A DNA stretch of 63,137 nt, filler included, from an uncultured bacterium (GCA_964637655.1; 23 parts of 23 records of this genome joined end to end with filler, not necessarily neighbours in it); one strand, 5' to 3'. Positions 9,712-21,103 are shown, counted from the first letter of the whole stretch. Numbers and translations: made by a program. The notes: generated from the sequence alone by a model not told the origin.

Positions 9712-10908
9712 TCAGCAAACCGGCATGAGGCCGGGATGGGAGCCGGTAATGGAGCGACCACCCCGCGGCGTGACGACGTAGGTGTTTTCACTCCCCACCA
9801 GGCCGATGCCGGGGATGCCCTTCTTCGGTTCCAGCGCGATGACCATGTTCTCTGCCAACGGTTCCTTGAACTTTTCCGCGATGACCGGGTACTCATCAAC
9901 GTGCAGGCCCGTGCCGTGCCCGAGGAAATTCACCGTGCGGCTGCCGAACCCCATAAAGTTCTCCCTGAACTCCGCGGAGAGCGAGCCCATGACCGTGCGG
10001 TATATCTCCTCGGGAATCGCCCCCGGGCGCAACAGCGCCGCCAGCTGCAGTTCCAGTTCCACACACCGGCGATGCGCAGTAACCGCTGCGTCAGGCAACG
10101 TACCCTTGAACACATAGGTCATCGTCTTGTCGGTCTGATAACCCTGCCAGCCGCAGCCGATATCGACAAACACCAGGTCGCCCGGGCGCAGTTTTCGCTC
10201 CGTGCTGCCGATAACCGGTGCCGCCGCGCAGATACCGCGGCAGCCCCCCGGCCCGTCGAAGGCGGTCGGGTAGAGCGAACTGTCGCCGAAGCCGATCTGC
10301 CCGAGCATCGCCTCCACCTGAAACATGCCGAAACGGATCACCCCCTGATGCCCGCGACGGACCAGTTGCGCATAGATTTCCGTCCCGAGTTCCGCTTCAC
10401 TCATGTTCTCGCGCAGCAGGCGCGGCACTTCCTCTTCGAGCACTTCGCGGTGGATGCCTCCCGCGCGCTCGAGACAGGCAAGCTCATACGCACTTTTCAC
10501 CGCCCGCGTTTTCGCCATGGCAAGGTCGCAGGAGAGTACGGTGCGCGCGGGGAAATGCTTCTGGAAGCGCTGCAGCATGGCCAGCGGCACCGCCTCCGTC
10601 TCGACGTGGATGGTCTCCGGCGTCGCGCCATGCACAGCGGCGGCATCGCGGTAGCTCTGCATCGGCAGAATAGCCGGGAAGAGCGATTCCGCCAGCGCGC
10701 GCTCGTGGCTGCGCCGCACGAAGTAGCGCGCGGTGCCGTCACGCGGGATGAGCAGCACCCCGTCCTGCAGCGTGCCGGTGAAGTAGTACTGGCTGATGCG
10801 GCTGAAGATAACCGCCAGTTGCCACTGCGGCTGCTCCTGCGTCAGCAGCGCGCGAAACCGCGCCAGTCGCGCGTCGAGTTCCGTCCGCGGCACCCCGTCA
10901 GTAGCCAT
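9712..10908 (-). CDS. M24 family (Xaa-Pro) aminopeptidase
   Basis: Creatinase-like N-domain, DIG...YQTDKT, GHGTGLHVDEYP, ALEPK and GSENTYVV. Confidence 0.9.
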   Translation of the reverse strand: MATDGVPRTELDARLARFRALLTQEQPQWQLAVIFSRISQYYFTGTLQDGVLLIPRDGTARYFVRRSHERALAESLFPAILPMQSYRDAAAVHGATPETIHVETEAVPLAMLQRFQKHFPARTVLSCDLAMAKTRAVKSAYELACLERAGGIHREVLEEEVPRLLRENMSEAELGTEIYAQLVRRGHQGVIRFGMFQVEAMLGQIGFGDSSLYPTAFDGPGGCRGICAAAPVIGSTERKLRPGDLVFVDIGCGWQGYQTDKTMTYVFKGTLPDAAVTAHRRCVELELQLAALLRPGAIPEEIYRTVMGSLSAEFRENFMGFGSRTVNFLGHGTGLHVDEYPVIAEKFKEPLAENMVIALEPKKGIPGIGLVGSENTYVVTPRGGRSITGSHPGLMPVC

Positions 10909-11224
10909 CAATCATCCTCTCCGGACCGGCCGCTCCGGTACCGCTACCCGGCGCGGTGCCGGCGAAACTGAATACAGGAACGTGCGCCGTCCTGAGCGCG
11001 TGCCTCCACACCATTGCCGCAGCACAGCCGGACGCCGGGCAGCGTTTCCCGGCCGGCCGCGCGCGCAGGTACCCGGATTACTGCGCCCGCAACTGTTCCG
11101 GCACGTTCAGACCGCACGCCGCCGCCATTTCAGCGTCGACCCGCAGTTGCCGCTGGTATCTGCGGCAGGCACCGCTGCCGGACGCCAGCGGTGATAATAT
11201 AGTCCCCCGCTACTCTCTGCCGGC

Positions 11225-11253
11225 ATTTTATCACGCAGCATGTGTTGCGTCAA
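11225..11253 (-). promoter_or_regulatory. sigma70-type promoter pointing toward the M24 peptidase
   Basis: Minus strand TTGACG-N17-TAAAAT with a TGn extension. Confidence 0.6.
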
Positions 11254-11533
11254 CAAAAACAACTTTGCCGGTCGTGGTTGTGGTACAATATGGTAATAGC
11301 AGGGAGGTAGCCGGTGGGAGAGGAGGACCCGCCGGTGAGTAGGTCGCCACCGAGAACCGCGTTGAAATTGGCGCGGTTGGGGTCGCTGGCGGCCCTCCCC
11401 CACACAGCTTGTGTGGGAGGGGGTTGCCCATGGNNNNNNNNNNNNNNNNNNNNNNNNNNNNNNNNNNNNNNNNNNNNTTAATTAATTAANNNNNNNNNNN
11501 NNNNNNNNNNNNNNNNNNNNNNNNNNNNNNNNN

Positions 11534-11872
11534 GGTGATGTCGCGCGAGTACTCGGCACGGATGGTGCCGGGCAGCGCCTTCTGCCAGTCCGTGGTCCCC
11601 ATGACCGCGCGAGCGCGGGCGACAGCGTTGTCCCCCGCCCAGACCATGGCGATGACCGGCCCCGAGGTCATGAAGTTGAGCAGGCGGGGGAGGTAGTACT
11701 GCCCGCGGTGCACGGCATAGAACTCCTCCGCCTTCTCCCGCGACAGCTGCTCCATGCGGATGGCGAGCAGGTGCAACCCCTCGCGGGTGAACGCGGTAGC
11801 CACCGGGGCAAGCAGGTTGCGGCGCACCCCGTCGGGTTTGAGCAGGATGAGCGTGCGGTCGGTCGCCATCAT
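11534..11872 (-). CDS. ndk: Nucleoside diphosphate kinase, 3' partial
   Basis: RTLILLKPDGVRR, AEEFYAVH, FMTSGPV and PGTIRA. Confidence 0.95.
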
Positions 11873-13161
11873 CAGTGCTCCCCCGGGGGAGGGACGGGCA
11901 GCGGCGGCACAGGCGGGCGGGCCGGCGCCGCAGTTTCCGGCGCAGCCGCCGCGGGCGTCACCACACCGCCAGCGGCACGGTAGGCAAGCGCAGTATACAC
12001 GGCGTTGCCGACGAGGTCAGCGAACTGCCGCCCGATGAGTTTGTCACGCTTGCCGAACGGCTTGCCGTTGACCTTCCCCTTGACCCGCAGCACCCCGATC
12101 ACCGAACCGTTCGCCGTCAGCGCACTGACCATCGCCGCCCCGGGCTGCGGAGTATCGATAATCGTCGTGCCGCCGTACTCGGCGGCGCTGCCGATTTCCC
12201 CCTGCCCGACACGCACGCGCACATCGTTGATCGCCTGCGGCTCGATCATCCCGGCGGCATCATGCCCGATGGTCGCGCGCAGTTCGGTCCCCTGTTCGTC
12301 GATGAGGAAGAGCATGACCTCCTGCACCCCGAGCACGCGCACCACGGCGCCCACGGTCTGGTGCAGGATGGCGTCGAGGTCGAAGGTACCCCCGACCTTT
12401 TTGGCCAGGTCGATGATGCCGAAGAACTCGTTGCTGTCGAGCGGGGCGTCATCCGCCTTGCGCGCCTCCGCCGCCTGCTGTTTCTTGATTTCCGCCAGCA
12501 CCTCGGCACGCGTTTTGACCCGCACCTTCTCCTGCAGTTCGAAGGCAAACCGCGCGACCCGCTTGCCGGTAAGGTGATTGCCGACCAGCATGACCACGAG
12601 CACGATCACGAACAGGCTGCCGCCCATGCCCAGCGTCCAGCCGAGCAGTTGCCCGCGATAGGCGAGGACATCCTTTTCCCGGAACCCGGCGCGGATCCAC
12701 CCCTTGCCGGCGGGGAAGGCAAAGTCGAGCAGCACCACCCGCGACGCGGCCAGCGTGTGGGTGCTGCGCACGGTTTCCGCCGGGCGCTCGGTACGTTCCT
12801 CCAGAAATCGGCTCAGCCCGGTGCGGTCATTGCCGCTCGCCACCACGGTCTGATCGACATGGGTGTGCACTTCCATATTGCGCTGGTCGTAGACGTACAG
12901 GTAGGTCAGGCCGAACGGTGCGGCGGTCTTCTGCAGCACACCGGCATAGTGGCGAATCAGCGTCCGGTTGCGGGTATAATCGTTCAGCTGCCGGTCGAGT
13001 CCGCCGGTCATGAACCCGGGCAGTGCTTCGCAGGTACGGGTGATGACCAGGTCAGCCACCGCGCGATCGGCAGCGACATAGAGCCCACCCGACAGCAGTG
13101 CCACCCCGAGCAGTACCGCGCCCAGCAGGGCGAACTGCAACCGCCCCAGTTTCACCTCCAT
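11872..13161 (-). CDS. Membrane sensor-like protein (TM - extracytoplasmic domain - TM - GAF), no output domain
   Basis: Two TM helices. C-terminal GAF-like FDLDAILHQTV...GQGEIG...VIGVLRV...PFGKRD...ADLVGNAV. Confidence 0.75.
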   Translation of the reverse strand: MEVKLGRLQFALLGAVLLGVALLSGGLYVAADRAVADLVITRTCEALPGFMTGGLDRQLNDYTRNRTLIRHYAGVLQKTAAPFGLTYLYVYDQRNMEVHTHVDQTVVASGNDRTGLSRFLEERTERPAETVRSTHTLAASRVVLLDFAFPAGKGWIRAGFREKDVLAYRGQLLGWTLGMGGSLFVIVLVVMLVGNHLTGKRVARFAFELQEKVRVKTRAEVLAEIKKQQAAEARKADDAPLDSNEFFGIIDLAKKVGGTFDLDAILHQTVGAVVRVLGVQEVMLFLIDEQGTELRATIGHDAAGMIEPQAINDVRVRVGQGEIGSAAEYGGTTIIDTPQPGAAMVSALTANGSVIGVLRVKGKVNGKPFGKRDKLIGRQFADLVGNAVYTALAYRAAGGVVTPAAAAPETAAPARPPVPPLPVPPPGEH

Positions 13162-13189
13162 GCCCGGCTCCTCAACCGTCCGCGCCGCG

Positions 13190-14268
13190 TCAGCGGATCT
13201 CCGTGTACTGCGTCAGGGTCGTAACGTCGTCCGCGGTTAGATACGGCACGTTACGGTACTGCTGCGGCGAAGTGAACTCGCCGTAGGTGTAGCGGTAGGC
13301 GATGATCATCTTCGCCTTGAGCGCGTCGATGCCCGGGAGGCGGTTGAGGTCCTCCGCCGCCGCGGCATTGATATCGAGCCGGGCAGCAGCGCTGCCGCCA
13401 AGCGTGCGGCTGCTCTGCGCCCCCGAAGACGCCGGCAGGTTGGGCATCATCTGCAGCCCGTTGTCCTCCTCCGCCGGGGCCGTCCCCTGCGGCACCGGGG
13501 TTACCGGCACGTTGGGCATCAGCATGATGCCGTTGTCCTCACCGGACGCCCCGACCGTCACCTGGTCCTTGACCCGCAGGTACATCTCCGGGGTGACGCC
13601 GTAGACCTTTTTGAGGTCCTCGACCGACGTGAACGCCCCGTAACGGTTGCGGTAGGCGATGACGAGGCGCGCCCCCATCTCGTCGAAGCCGACATTGCGC
13701 AGCTGGTCGACCGTCGCGGTGTTGAGGTTGAGCAGCCCGGATACCGGGGCCACCGTCACCGGCGGCGGCGTGACCGTCGTGGTGGTCGTATTCGGACGCA
13801 CCGTCGGGACGGGCGCACTGATGCCCGGCAGCGCCGGGGCCGGCGGTGCCGCTACCGTCACCGCCGCGTCCTCGCGCACGACATTGCCGATGTGGATGAT
13901 GTCCGCCAGGTAGGCGTCGTAGGTCTCCGCCGGGTAGCCAAGCTGGGCAAAGACGCGCCGCACCGTTTCATAGTCGGTAAAGGTCCCGTGCTGCTGCCGC
14001 CAGGTGACAATCCCCTGCGCAATGGGGAGCGTGACCCCCTTGAGGTTGCGCAGCCCCTCGAGCGAGACCATGTTGATCTTCACCTGGTGTTCGAGGCGGT
14101 AGACAATGGCGTCAAAGGTGCGGTCGTCGATGCCCGGCACGAACTTGAGTTCCTCGAGCGACTGGTACGGCCCGTACAGCTCGCGGTGCTTGATGATGCG
14201 CGAGGCGAGCACCCCGGCGCGCTGCGGGTCGTCCTGCGGCTGCGCGGCGCGGCGCGCGCCGAGCGGCG
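13190..14268 (-). CDS. ComEA-like protein with multiple helix-hairpin-helix domains, 5' partial
   Basis: At least four HhH units: GPYQSLEELKFVPGI, KINMVSLEGLRNLKGV, LNLNTATVDQLRNVG and LDINAAAAEDLNRLPGI. Confidence 0.88.
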
Positions 14269-14397
14269 NNNNNNNNNNNNNNNNNNNNNNNNNNNNNNNN
14301 NNNNNNNNNNNNTTAATTAATTAANNNNNNNNNNNNNNNNNNNNNNNNNNNNNNNNNNNNNNNNNNNNTGAGGATGCCGTAAAACGGCCCGTAGGAA

Positions 14398-14427
14398 AAG
14401 TTTGTTAATTAGTTAACACCCGTCCCC
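14398..14427. repeat. Copy of the 30-bp ACACCCGTCCCC-ending repeat (REP/MITE arm)
   Basis: AAGTTTGTTAATTAGTTAACACCCGTCCCC has 3 mismatches to the reverse complement of the arm at 31697-31726. Confidence 0.75.
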
Positions 14428-14432
14428 GCAGT

Positions 14433-15065
14433 TTAGCGGCGGAACAGGAAGAGGGTGGAGGTAGGCAGCTCGCCGTCGCGGCATTCACGGCGGGTGACGA
14501 TGGCATAGCCGAGCGCGGCGGCGGCGGCAGCCACCTGTTCATCACGGTGATACTTCGCGCGGATGATGATGTCGCCGCTGCCGGTATCGAGACGCTCCGC
14601 CCGGTGCTCCGCGAGGTTGTTGAGCAGCAGGTGCCCGCCGGGTTGCAGCACCGGGTAGAGCGCGCGCAGCAGCGTGTCCGGTTCGGGCAGATGCACGAGC
14701 AGAAACAGGGCGAGACAGACCGTGATACTGCCGGAACGCAGCGGCAACGCAGCCGCCTCCGCCTGCACCAGCGGCGCGGTCACACCGCGCGCGCGACCGG
14801 CGCGCAGCATCCCGCCCGAAATATCGAGCCCGAGCAGACACGGATGGCGGCGCTGCAGGCGGCGCAGGACGCGCCCGTCGCCGCAGCCGAGGTCAAGCAC
14901 CAGGTCGTCTGGACGCAATCCGCCCAGCAGCGGCTGCAGCAGGGCGTGCAGCGGCTCCCAGTCGAATGAATCGAGATGGGCGTGATCATCCTTGTAGCGG
15001 GCGGCGTAGCGGTCATACCCCGACCGCGCGTCATGGCGCGTGCTGACCCGCGGCGGCTTGCGCAT
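14433..15065 (-). CDS. Class I SAM-dependent methyltransferase
   Basis: VLDLGCGDG, GLDISGGML and LQPGGHL. Confidence 0.9.
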   Translation of the reverse strand: MRKPPRVSTRHDARSGYDRYAARYKDDHAHLDSFDWEPLHALLQPLLGGLRPDDLVLDLGCGDGRVLRRLQRRHPCLLGLDISGGMLRAGRARGVTAPLVQAEAAALPLRSGSITVCLALFLLVHLPEPDTLLRALYPVLQPGGHLLLNNLAEHRAERLDTGSGDIIIRAKYHRDEQVAAAAAALGYAIVTRRECRDGELPTSTLFLFRR

Positions 15066-15076
15066 CGCGATGGAAA

Positions 15077-15682
15077 CTACGCGTTGAACAGCTGCTTGAC
15101 GCTCGGGTTCTGCCGGTCAGCTTCGCTCGCCTCGAACAGCTGCTTGCGGCGATAGCCGATAAGCCCCGCCAGCAGGTTGGTCGGGAACATCTCCACCGTG
15201 TTGTTATAATCGGTCACCGCGGCGTTATACCCGGTGCGGGCGCCGGCGATCTCCCCTTCCACGGCGCGCAGTTCCTGCTGCAGCTGCATGACATTCTGGT
15301 TTGCCTTGAGGTCCGGATAGCGCTCGACCGCCACCATGATGCCGCCGATGGCCCGCCCGAGCTTGTTCTCCACGGCCACCCGCTCATCACCCGAAAGGTT
15401 GCCGGACGTCGCCTGCGCGCGCAGCGCGGTGACTTCGGTGAGCAGCCCCTTTTCGTGCTGCATATACTGCTGCACGCTGGCGACCAGGTTGGGGATGAGG
15501 TCACAACGTTTCTTGAGCACCACGTCGATGCCGGCGAACAGGTTCTCGACCATGTTCTTTTTGCCCACCAGCAGGTTGTACATCCGTACCCCAACCACCG
15601 CGATGACGGCCAGCACGGCCAGCAACAGCACCGCCACCGCCAGCACCGCCACGATGCCCAGACCACCCATACCGACTGCCAT
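15077..15682 (-). CDS. lemA: LemA family protein
   Basis: N-terminal TM, YNLLV, LKKRCDLIPNLV, ERYPDLKANQN, YNNTVEMFPTN. GGAGG RBS before ATG 15682. Confidence 0.93.
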   Translation of the reverse strand: MAVGMGGLGIVAVLAVAVLLLAVLAVIAVVGVRMYNLLVGKKNMVENLFAGIDVVLKKRCDLIPNLVASVQQYMQHEKGLLTEVTALRAQATSGNLSGDERVAVENKLGRAIGGIMVAVERYPDLKANQNVMQLQQELRAVEGEIAGARTGYNAAVTDYNNTVEMFPTNLLAGLIGYRRKQLFEASEADRQNPSVKQLFNA

Positions 15683-15772
15683 GCCGCACCTCCGCCTGTG
15701 ATTGGTAGGGCATAGGATACCCGACTTCACCGGCCCCGTCAATCTGCCGGCCCTGCGGGTGCCCGCAGGCAC

Positions 15773-15801
15773 TTGTGTTTTCTTTACCAATGTGCTATGC
15801 T
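15773..15801 (+). promoter_or_regulatory. Candidate sigma70 promoter
   Basis: TTGTGT-N17-TATGCT with TGn, in an AT-rich intergenic region. Confidence 0.45.
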
Positions 15802-15884
15802 AACCTAATTGTAGTGGTTCGGCGCACTCCACCCGTATGCTGAGGGTCGATGTTCAGACGCCCGTGCCGGAACAGGGGAGATTG

Positions 15885-16979
15885 ATGGCCGCGGGATTAC
15901 CGCCGTTACAACTCGGTGACCTCACCATACCCGTCCCGATCATCCAGGGTGGCATGGGGGTCATGGTCTCCACCGCACCGCTCGCTGCCGCTGTTGCCAA
16001 TTGCGGCGGCGCGGGGACCATCGCCAGCGTCGGGCTCGGGCTCGGAACGGACGAGAACGAAATCGCCTTTGTCGATGCCTCGCGCCACGGGCTGCAGCGG
16101 GAAATCCGCGCGGCGCGCGCGCTGACCGCCGGCACTATCGGCATCAACATCCTCTGCGCGGTGAGCAATTACGACGACCTCGTGCAGGCCGCGGCGCAGG
16201 AAGACATCAACTTCATCATCTCGGGTGCCGGGCTGCCGCTCAAACTCCCCGCGCTCACCGCCGCCAACCCGAAAATCAAACTTATCCCCATCGTTTCCTC
16301 GGGACGCGCCCTGTCGCTCATTGTCAAGACCTGGCGCAGCCGCTATGACCGCTGGCCTGACGCCGTCGTGGTCGAAGGGCCGCTGGCCGGCGGGCATCTC
16401 GGGTTCCGCTTCGACACGCCCGGCGAGTACCAGGCCAACTCGCTCGAGGCCCTGACCAGGGAAGTGCTGCAGGCGGCCGCCGCGGCGACCGCCGGGACGA
16501 ATGCGACCATCCCGGTTATCGCTGCGGGAGGCATCTACACGGGGGCGGACATCGCCCGCTACCTGCAGCTGGGCGCGGCCGGAGTGCAGATCGCGACGCG
16601 GTTTGTCACCACGGACGAATGTGCCATCGACCAGAAGTTCAAGGACCTGTACCTGAAAGCAAAGGCCGACGATGTCATCATCATCGAGAGTCCGGTCGGC
16701 ATGCCGGGACGCGCGCTGCGCACCGCGTTCACCGAGAAACTGGCGCGGGGCGAACGCGAACCGATCCGCTGCCGCTACCGCTGTCTGAAGACCTGCGACC
16801 CGAAGGTCGCTCCCTATTGCATCGCGCGGGCGCTGCTCAACGCGGTACAGGGTGATCTCGACAACGCGGTGGTCTTTGCCGGGCAGAACGTGTCGCGCGT
16901 CGACCGCATCATGCCGGTGCGCGAACTGATGGACGAACTGGTGCGCGAGGCGGTTGCCGCGCGGAGCAGCGCTTCATAA
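15885..16979 (+). CDS. Nitronate monooxygenase / FabK-like FMN oxidoreductase
   Basis: PIIQGGMG, SGAGLP, VEGPLAGGHLG, PVIAAGGI, SPVGMPGRA and a C-terminal Cys cluster CRYRCLKTC...YCI. Confidence 0.9.
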   Translation: MAAGLPPLQLGDLTIPVPIIQGGMGVMVSTAPLAAAVANCGGAGTIASVGLGLGTDENEIAFVDASRHGLQREIRAARALTAGTIGINILCAVSNYDDLVQAAAQEDINFIISGAGLPLKLPALTAANPKIKLIPIVSSGRALSLIVKTWRSRYDRWPDAVVVEGPLAGGHLGFRFDTPGEYQANSLEALTREVLQAAAAATAGTNATIPVIAAGGIYTGADIARYLQLGAAGVQIATRFVTTDECAIDQKFKDLYLKAKADDVIIIESPVGMPGRALRTAFTEKLARGEREPIRCRYRCLKTCDPKVAPYCIARALLNAVQGDLDNAVVFAGQNVSRVDRIMPVRELMDELVREAVAARSSAS

Positions 16980-17015
16980 CGTAGTCCCTATCACATTGGC
17001 ATGGGAGGGATGCCG

Positions 17016-17095
17016 ATGCACATCAGCCGATTCGGAAAAATGTGTCTGCTAACCACGCTGGGCGTCATGTGTGCCGCGCTGGTGGCCATTGCCGT
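17016..17095 (+). CDS. N-terminal fragment of a secreted protein
   Basis: GGAGG RBS followed by a signal-peptide-like sequence that runs into the gap. Confidence 0.35.
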
Positions 17096-17195
17096 NNNNN
17101 NNNNNNNNNNNNNNNNNNNNNNNNNNNNNNNNNNNNNNNTTAATTAATTAANNNNNNNNNNNNNNNNNNNNNNNNNNNNNNNNNNNNNNNNNNNN

Positions 17196-18726
17196 ACGGA
17201 TGCACCAGTTCCTCCTGATGGGGATTGATGAGCAGGACTACCGGCGGTGACAGTGCCGCCGCTGCTGCCGCGACCGCGTGCGCCACCCGGTCACGGTCGG
17301 CGCGGGTGCTGCCATCGATCTGGCTCGGGGGCTGCGTGGTCAGCAGCACGAGACGACTGCCGTCGGGCACACCAAGCGCGTGCCGCACCTCCGCCGCCCG
17401 TGCCTGCAGGCGCGCCCGCTGTGCCTCCCAGCCGTCGTAGCGCGCGATGCCGGTGACCCTGATGCTCTCCGTCGCACATCCCGCTGCGACCAGCATGGCG
17501 CGCATCGCCTCGCCCATAACCGTCGTGCGGTCGCACGGCAGGTGGAGGCGGAGTCGCGGCGGACGCCCCTCCCGCGGCGGTTCAATCGCGTGCAGCGACG
17601 CAGTGACGGGGTAGACCGTGGGTTGCACGTTGTGCTGCACCACAGTCGGCACACCCGCCATGCGGGCGACGTCGACCAGCAGGCGCTCGCGCCAGTTGTT
17701 GTCCAGCGACAGGAGCAACACTGCCGGGCGCTCTCGCGCGACCACCGCCTCGTACAGCGCCGCGTAGCGCAACGCCGCGAGCGCCAGCGGGCCGCAGGTG
17801 AAACGGTCGTGGCGCAGCATCGCAGCAGCCACACCGTAGTCGGCGTAATGCGCGCGTCGTGCCGCGTCGATGTCCGGTTCCGCCAGCAGGGCCTGCCAGC
17901 GCCGCCAGCGTGCCTGCGCGCGGTGGTCGCAGCGCGGCTGCCAGTAGTCCTGCCACGCCATCACCCGGACACAGTCGCCCAGCAGGCGTGTGATCTCAGG
18001 CGCCACCTCGGGCAGCGGGGCGATGAGTACCAGGTCGTAGCATCCCGCCTCCGCCAGCAGGCGCACCACCGGTGCCTGGTAGCGCAGCCCGCCGAGATTG
18101 AGCCCGTGCAGGGGCAGGATGATGGACCGCGTTCCCGGGCGCGGACGGTTGCCCGTTGCCGGCACGCGCTCGAACTCAGTGCGGATGCTCCGCCGCCGGT
18201 GCCACGCTTCGAGTCCGTCGAGCAGCGCCTGCAGGCGCGCCGGCAGCAGCGGGAGCGTCGTCGTGCCGTCGCTGATGTCCGCATGCGCCCCGTCGGCATA
18301 CAGCCGTGACCCGGGGTGCTGCTGCCGCAGGTGGTCGCGCACGCGCACGCGCTGCAGCAGCGTCTCGGCATACCGCACCCGCTCATGTTCAAGGGCGTCA
18401 GGCAGGGCCATACCGTCGAGACGCAGGCGCGCGCAGCGCTCTTCTGCACCCGTCCGCTTGTACCAGCCGCAGGCCAGGTCGGCCGCCGTCGCGGTCAGGT
18501 CAGTGAAACGACCCGGGGCATGGCACGCCGTCAGCGGCAGAAATCCGGTACCGGCAGGAAGCCCGGCCGGGTCATCACCGACCGCGAGCACCTCATCCCC
18601 CCGGTGCAGCCAGTGCCGGATACGCGCGACAGCAATGCGCGTTTCCAGCATGCGCCGCCACGCGGCGAGGCCGCTGCCGCCACGGCCGAAGGTCCGGGCC
18701 GCGCGGTAGAGTACCAGTCGCTTCAT
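17196..18726 (-). CDS. Surface polysaccharide biosynthesis protein (GT-B / CDP-glycerol glycerophosphotransferase-like), 3' partial
   Basis: GVPTVVQH, VMGE, IRVTGIARYD, LLTTQP and LINPH. Coupled by ATGA overlap to a flippase. Confidence 0.65.
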
Positions 18727-19911
18727 GCCGCAGACCTCCGCATGAGCCCCGCCGCCAGCGTGCGCAATTCGTCGAGCACCCCGTACCGGCGCTGTGCCAG
18801 CCAGAGCAGCGGCAGCAGCAGCAGCCCGTAGACCACCAGCGCCACAACCGCAGCCAGCAGTCCGCTGCCGGTCAGCTGTTCCGCCAGCACCGCCGCCGCC
18901 GCGCAGTAGGCGGTACCGCCCAGCACCGCCGCGATGAGCATGGCGCTTTCACCCGCCGCCGCCCGGCAGAGGCGCAGGCCGAGCAGCAACCCGCCCGCGG
19001 CATAGACGGCATACGAGAGTACCGTCACCAGCGCCACCCCGGTAATGCCCCAGCCGCGTTGCAGCAGCGTCAGGTTGCAGGCGAGATTCAGCAGCAGCAC
19101 CGCCACCTGCAGGGCGATGATGCGCGTGAAGGCCTTGCAGCCGGCAAAGACATACCCGACAGCGGTGACGGCGGCATTGAAGGCGGTGTACCAGACCAGC
19201 AGACGCATCGCGGAGAGCCCGTCGAGGTAGCGCGGCAGGTACAGGGTCAGCAGGGGAGGAAAGGCCAGGAACGCGACGCCGCTGCCGACAGCGGCAAGCC
19301 CGGTCAGCAGCACGACCGGCTTGCGCACGTAGCGCAACAGATCGCGTTCCTGTTCCGGCCGTCCCGCCTCGCGATAAATGCGCGGCGCCAGCGCATGCCC
19401 GACCGTGTACGGCACCATCATCATCAGTGCGCTGAAGCTCACCCCGAGCCCGTACAACCCCGTTTCGCGGAACCCGGGATACCACCACTTGATGAGCATG
19501 AGGTCGATGTCGAAGATCAGCGTGCCGAGCACCGTCAGCACGGTGACCGGAATGCCCAGCCGGACCAGCGTACGCAGTGCGTTGCGGTCGATGCCCCATC
19601 CCGGACGGTACGGGTCGTGACGACGGGTCCACCAGAGTGCCAGCAGTTCACCGAACACCAGCCCGGCAAACACCGCGTACAGGCCGAACCAGGCGGCACC
19701 CCCGACTGCCAGCGCGGTGAAGGCGAGCGCATAGACCGCGTCCTGCTGGCTGCGCAGACGGAAGTTCAGCTCGACCCGCAGACGCCCGGCATAGAAATGC
19801 AGCAGGTTCTGCAGCACCACGACGACGGCGAAAACCAGCAGCCCGGTGCGCACCATCGGGTCGTCCGCCAGAGGGATGAGCGCCACCATACCGAGGGCGA
19901 AGACCATGGAC
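18723..19911 (-). CDS. Wzx/MOP-family oligosaccharide flippase, 5' partial
   Basis: More than 10 TM helices, LVRLGIPV, GLYGLG and WGITGVALVT. Confidence 0.8.
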
Positions 19912-20011
19912 NNNNNNNNNNNNNNNNNNNNNNNNNNNNNNNNNNNNNNNNNNNNTTAATTAATTAANNNNNNNNNNNNNNNNNNNNNNNNNNNNNNNNN
20001 NNNNNNNNNNN

Positions 20012-21103
20012 CCCCTCGAGCTGATACTCGACCGGGTCCTCGATGGTGATGAGTTTGCGGTCGGGCCGGTTGATCTCGTGCAGGGCGGAATAGAGCGTGG
20101 TCGTCTTGCCCGACCCGGTCGGCCCGGTGACGAGCAGAATGCCGTTGGGCTTGCGAATGATCTCGTCGAAGGTGCGCTTGTTATCGTCGATGAACCCGAC
20201 CTGTTCGAGGCCGAGCGACACCGCCGACTTGTCGAGGATGCGCATGACAAAACTTTCGCCGTAGAGCGAGGGCAGCGCGCTGACGCGGAAGTCGATTTCC
20301 TTGCCCATGATCTTCTTGCGGATGCGCCCGTCCTGCGGGACGCGGTGCTCGGCGATATCCATGCCCGAGAGGATTTTCATGCGCGAGAGGATGGCACCCT
20401 GGAACTTCTTGGGCGGCGGCGGGTAGATGTGGCAGACCCCGTCAATGCGGTAGCGCAGGCGGCATTCCTTTTCGAAAGGCTCGAAGTGGATGTCGGAGGC
20501 GCGGTCCTTGAGGCAGGTCATCAGCATCATGTTGACCAGCTTGATGATGGGCGCGGCGTTGGCCATTTCCTCGTCGCTGCCAGCCGCCTCCTTGCTCACC
20601 AGTTCGACATCCTCCTCGCCCAGGCCGGCGAGCATGTCGGCAATCGACTCCGCCGTCGCCCCGTACTGCTCGGTGATCTTCTCCTGCAGCACCCGCGGGT
20701 TGGTAACCACCGGGGCAACGCTCGCCTCGCACAGCTTGCTCAGATCGTCGACGGAACGGAGATCGAACGGGTCGAGCATCGCCAGCTTGAGGAAGATGCC
20801 CTGGCGCTCGAGCGGCAGCACCATGTACTGCAGCGCGGTATTGGCATCGAGCGTCTGCACCATCTCCGGATTGAGAATGAACTCACGCAAGTCGACATAC
20901 TCCATGCCGACCCCGTCGGCAAAGGTCTGCCAGACCGTTTCCTCCTCCGCGTATTCCAGTTCGACCAGGGTGGCGACGAAGTCCTTGTCGCGGACCTCCA
21001 TCTCCATGACGATCTGCGCCGCCTGCTCTTCGGTGATCAGTTCGCGGTCGAGCAGGACCTTGCGGATCTGTTCGTATTCCTGCGGATCAGCGGCCATGAT
21101 CAT
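20012..21103 (-). CDS. pilB: GspE/PilB family secretion ATPase (paralog 2), 3' partial
   Basis: MshEN-like N-domain, RASDIHFEP, PQDGRI, Walker A GPTGSGKTTT and TIEDPVEY. Confidence 0.9.

Noticed and set aside
11298-11433. T-box, lysine riboswitch or SRP RNA
   Set aside because: There is some stem-I-like appearance, but no TGGnACC antiterminator bulge or other diagnostic core motif.
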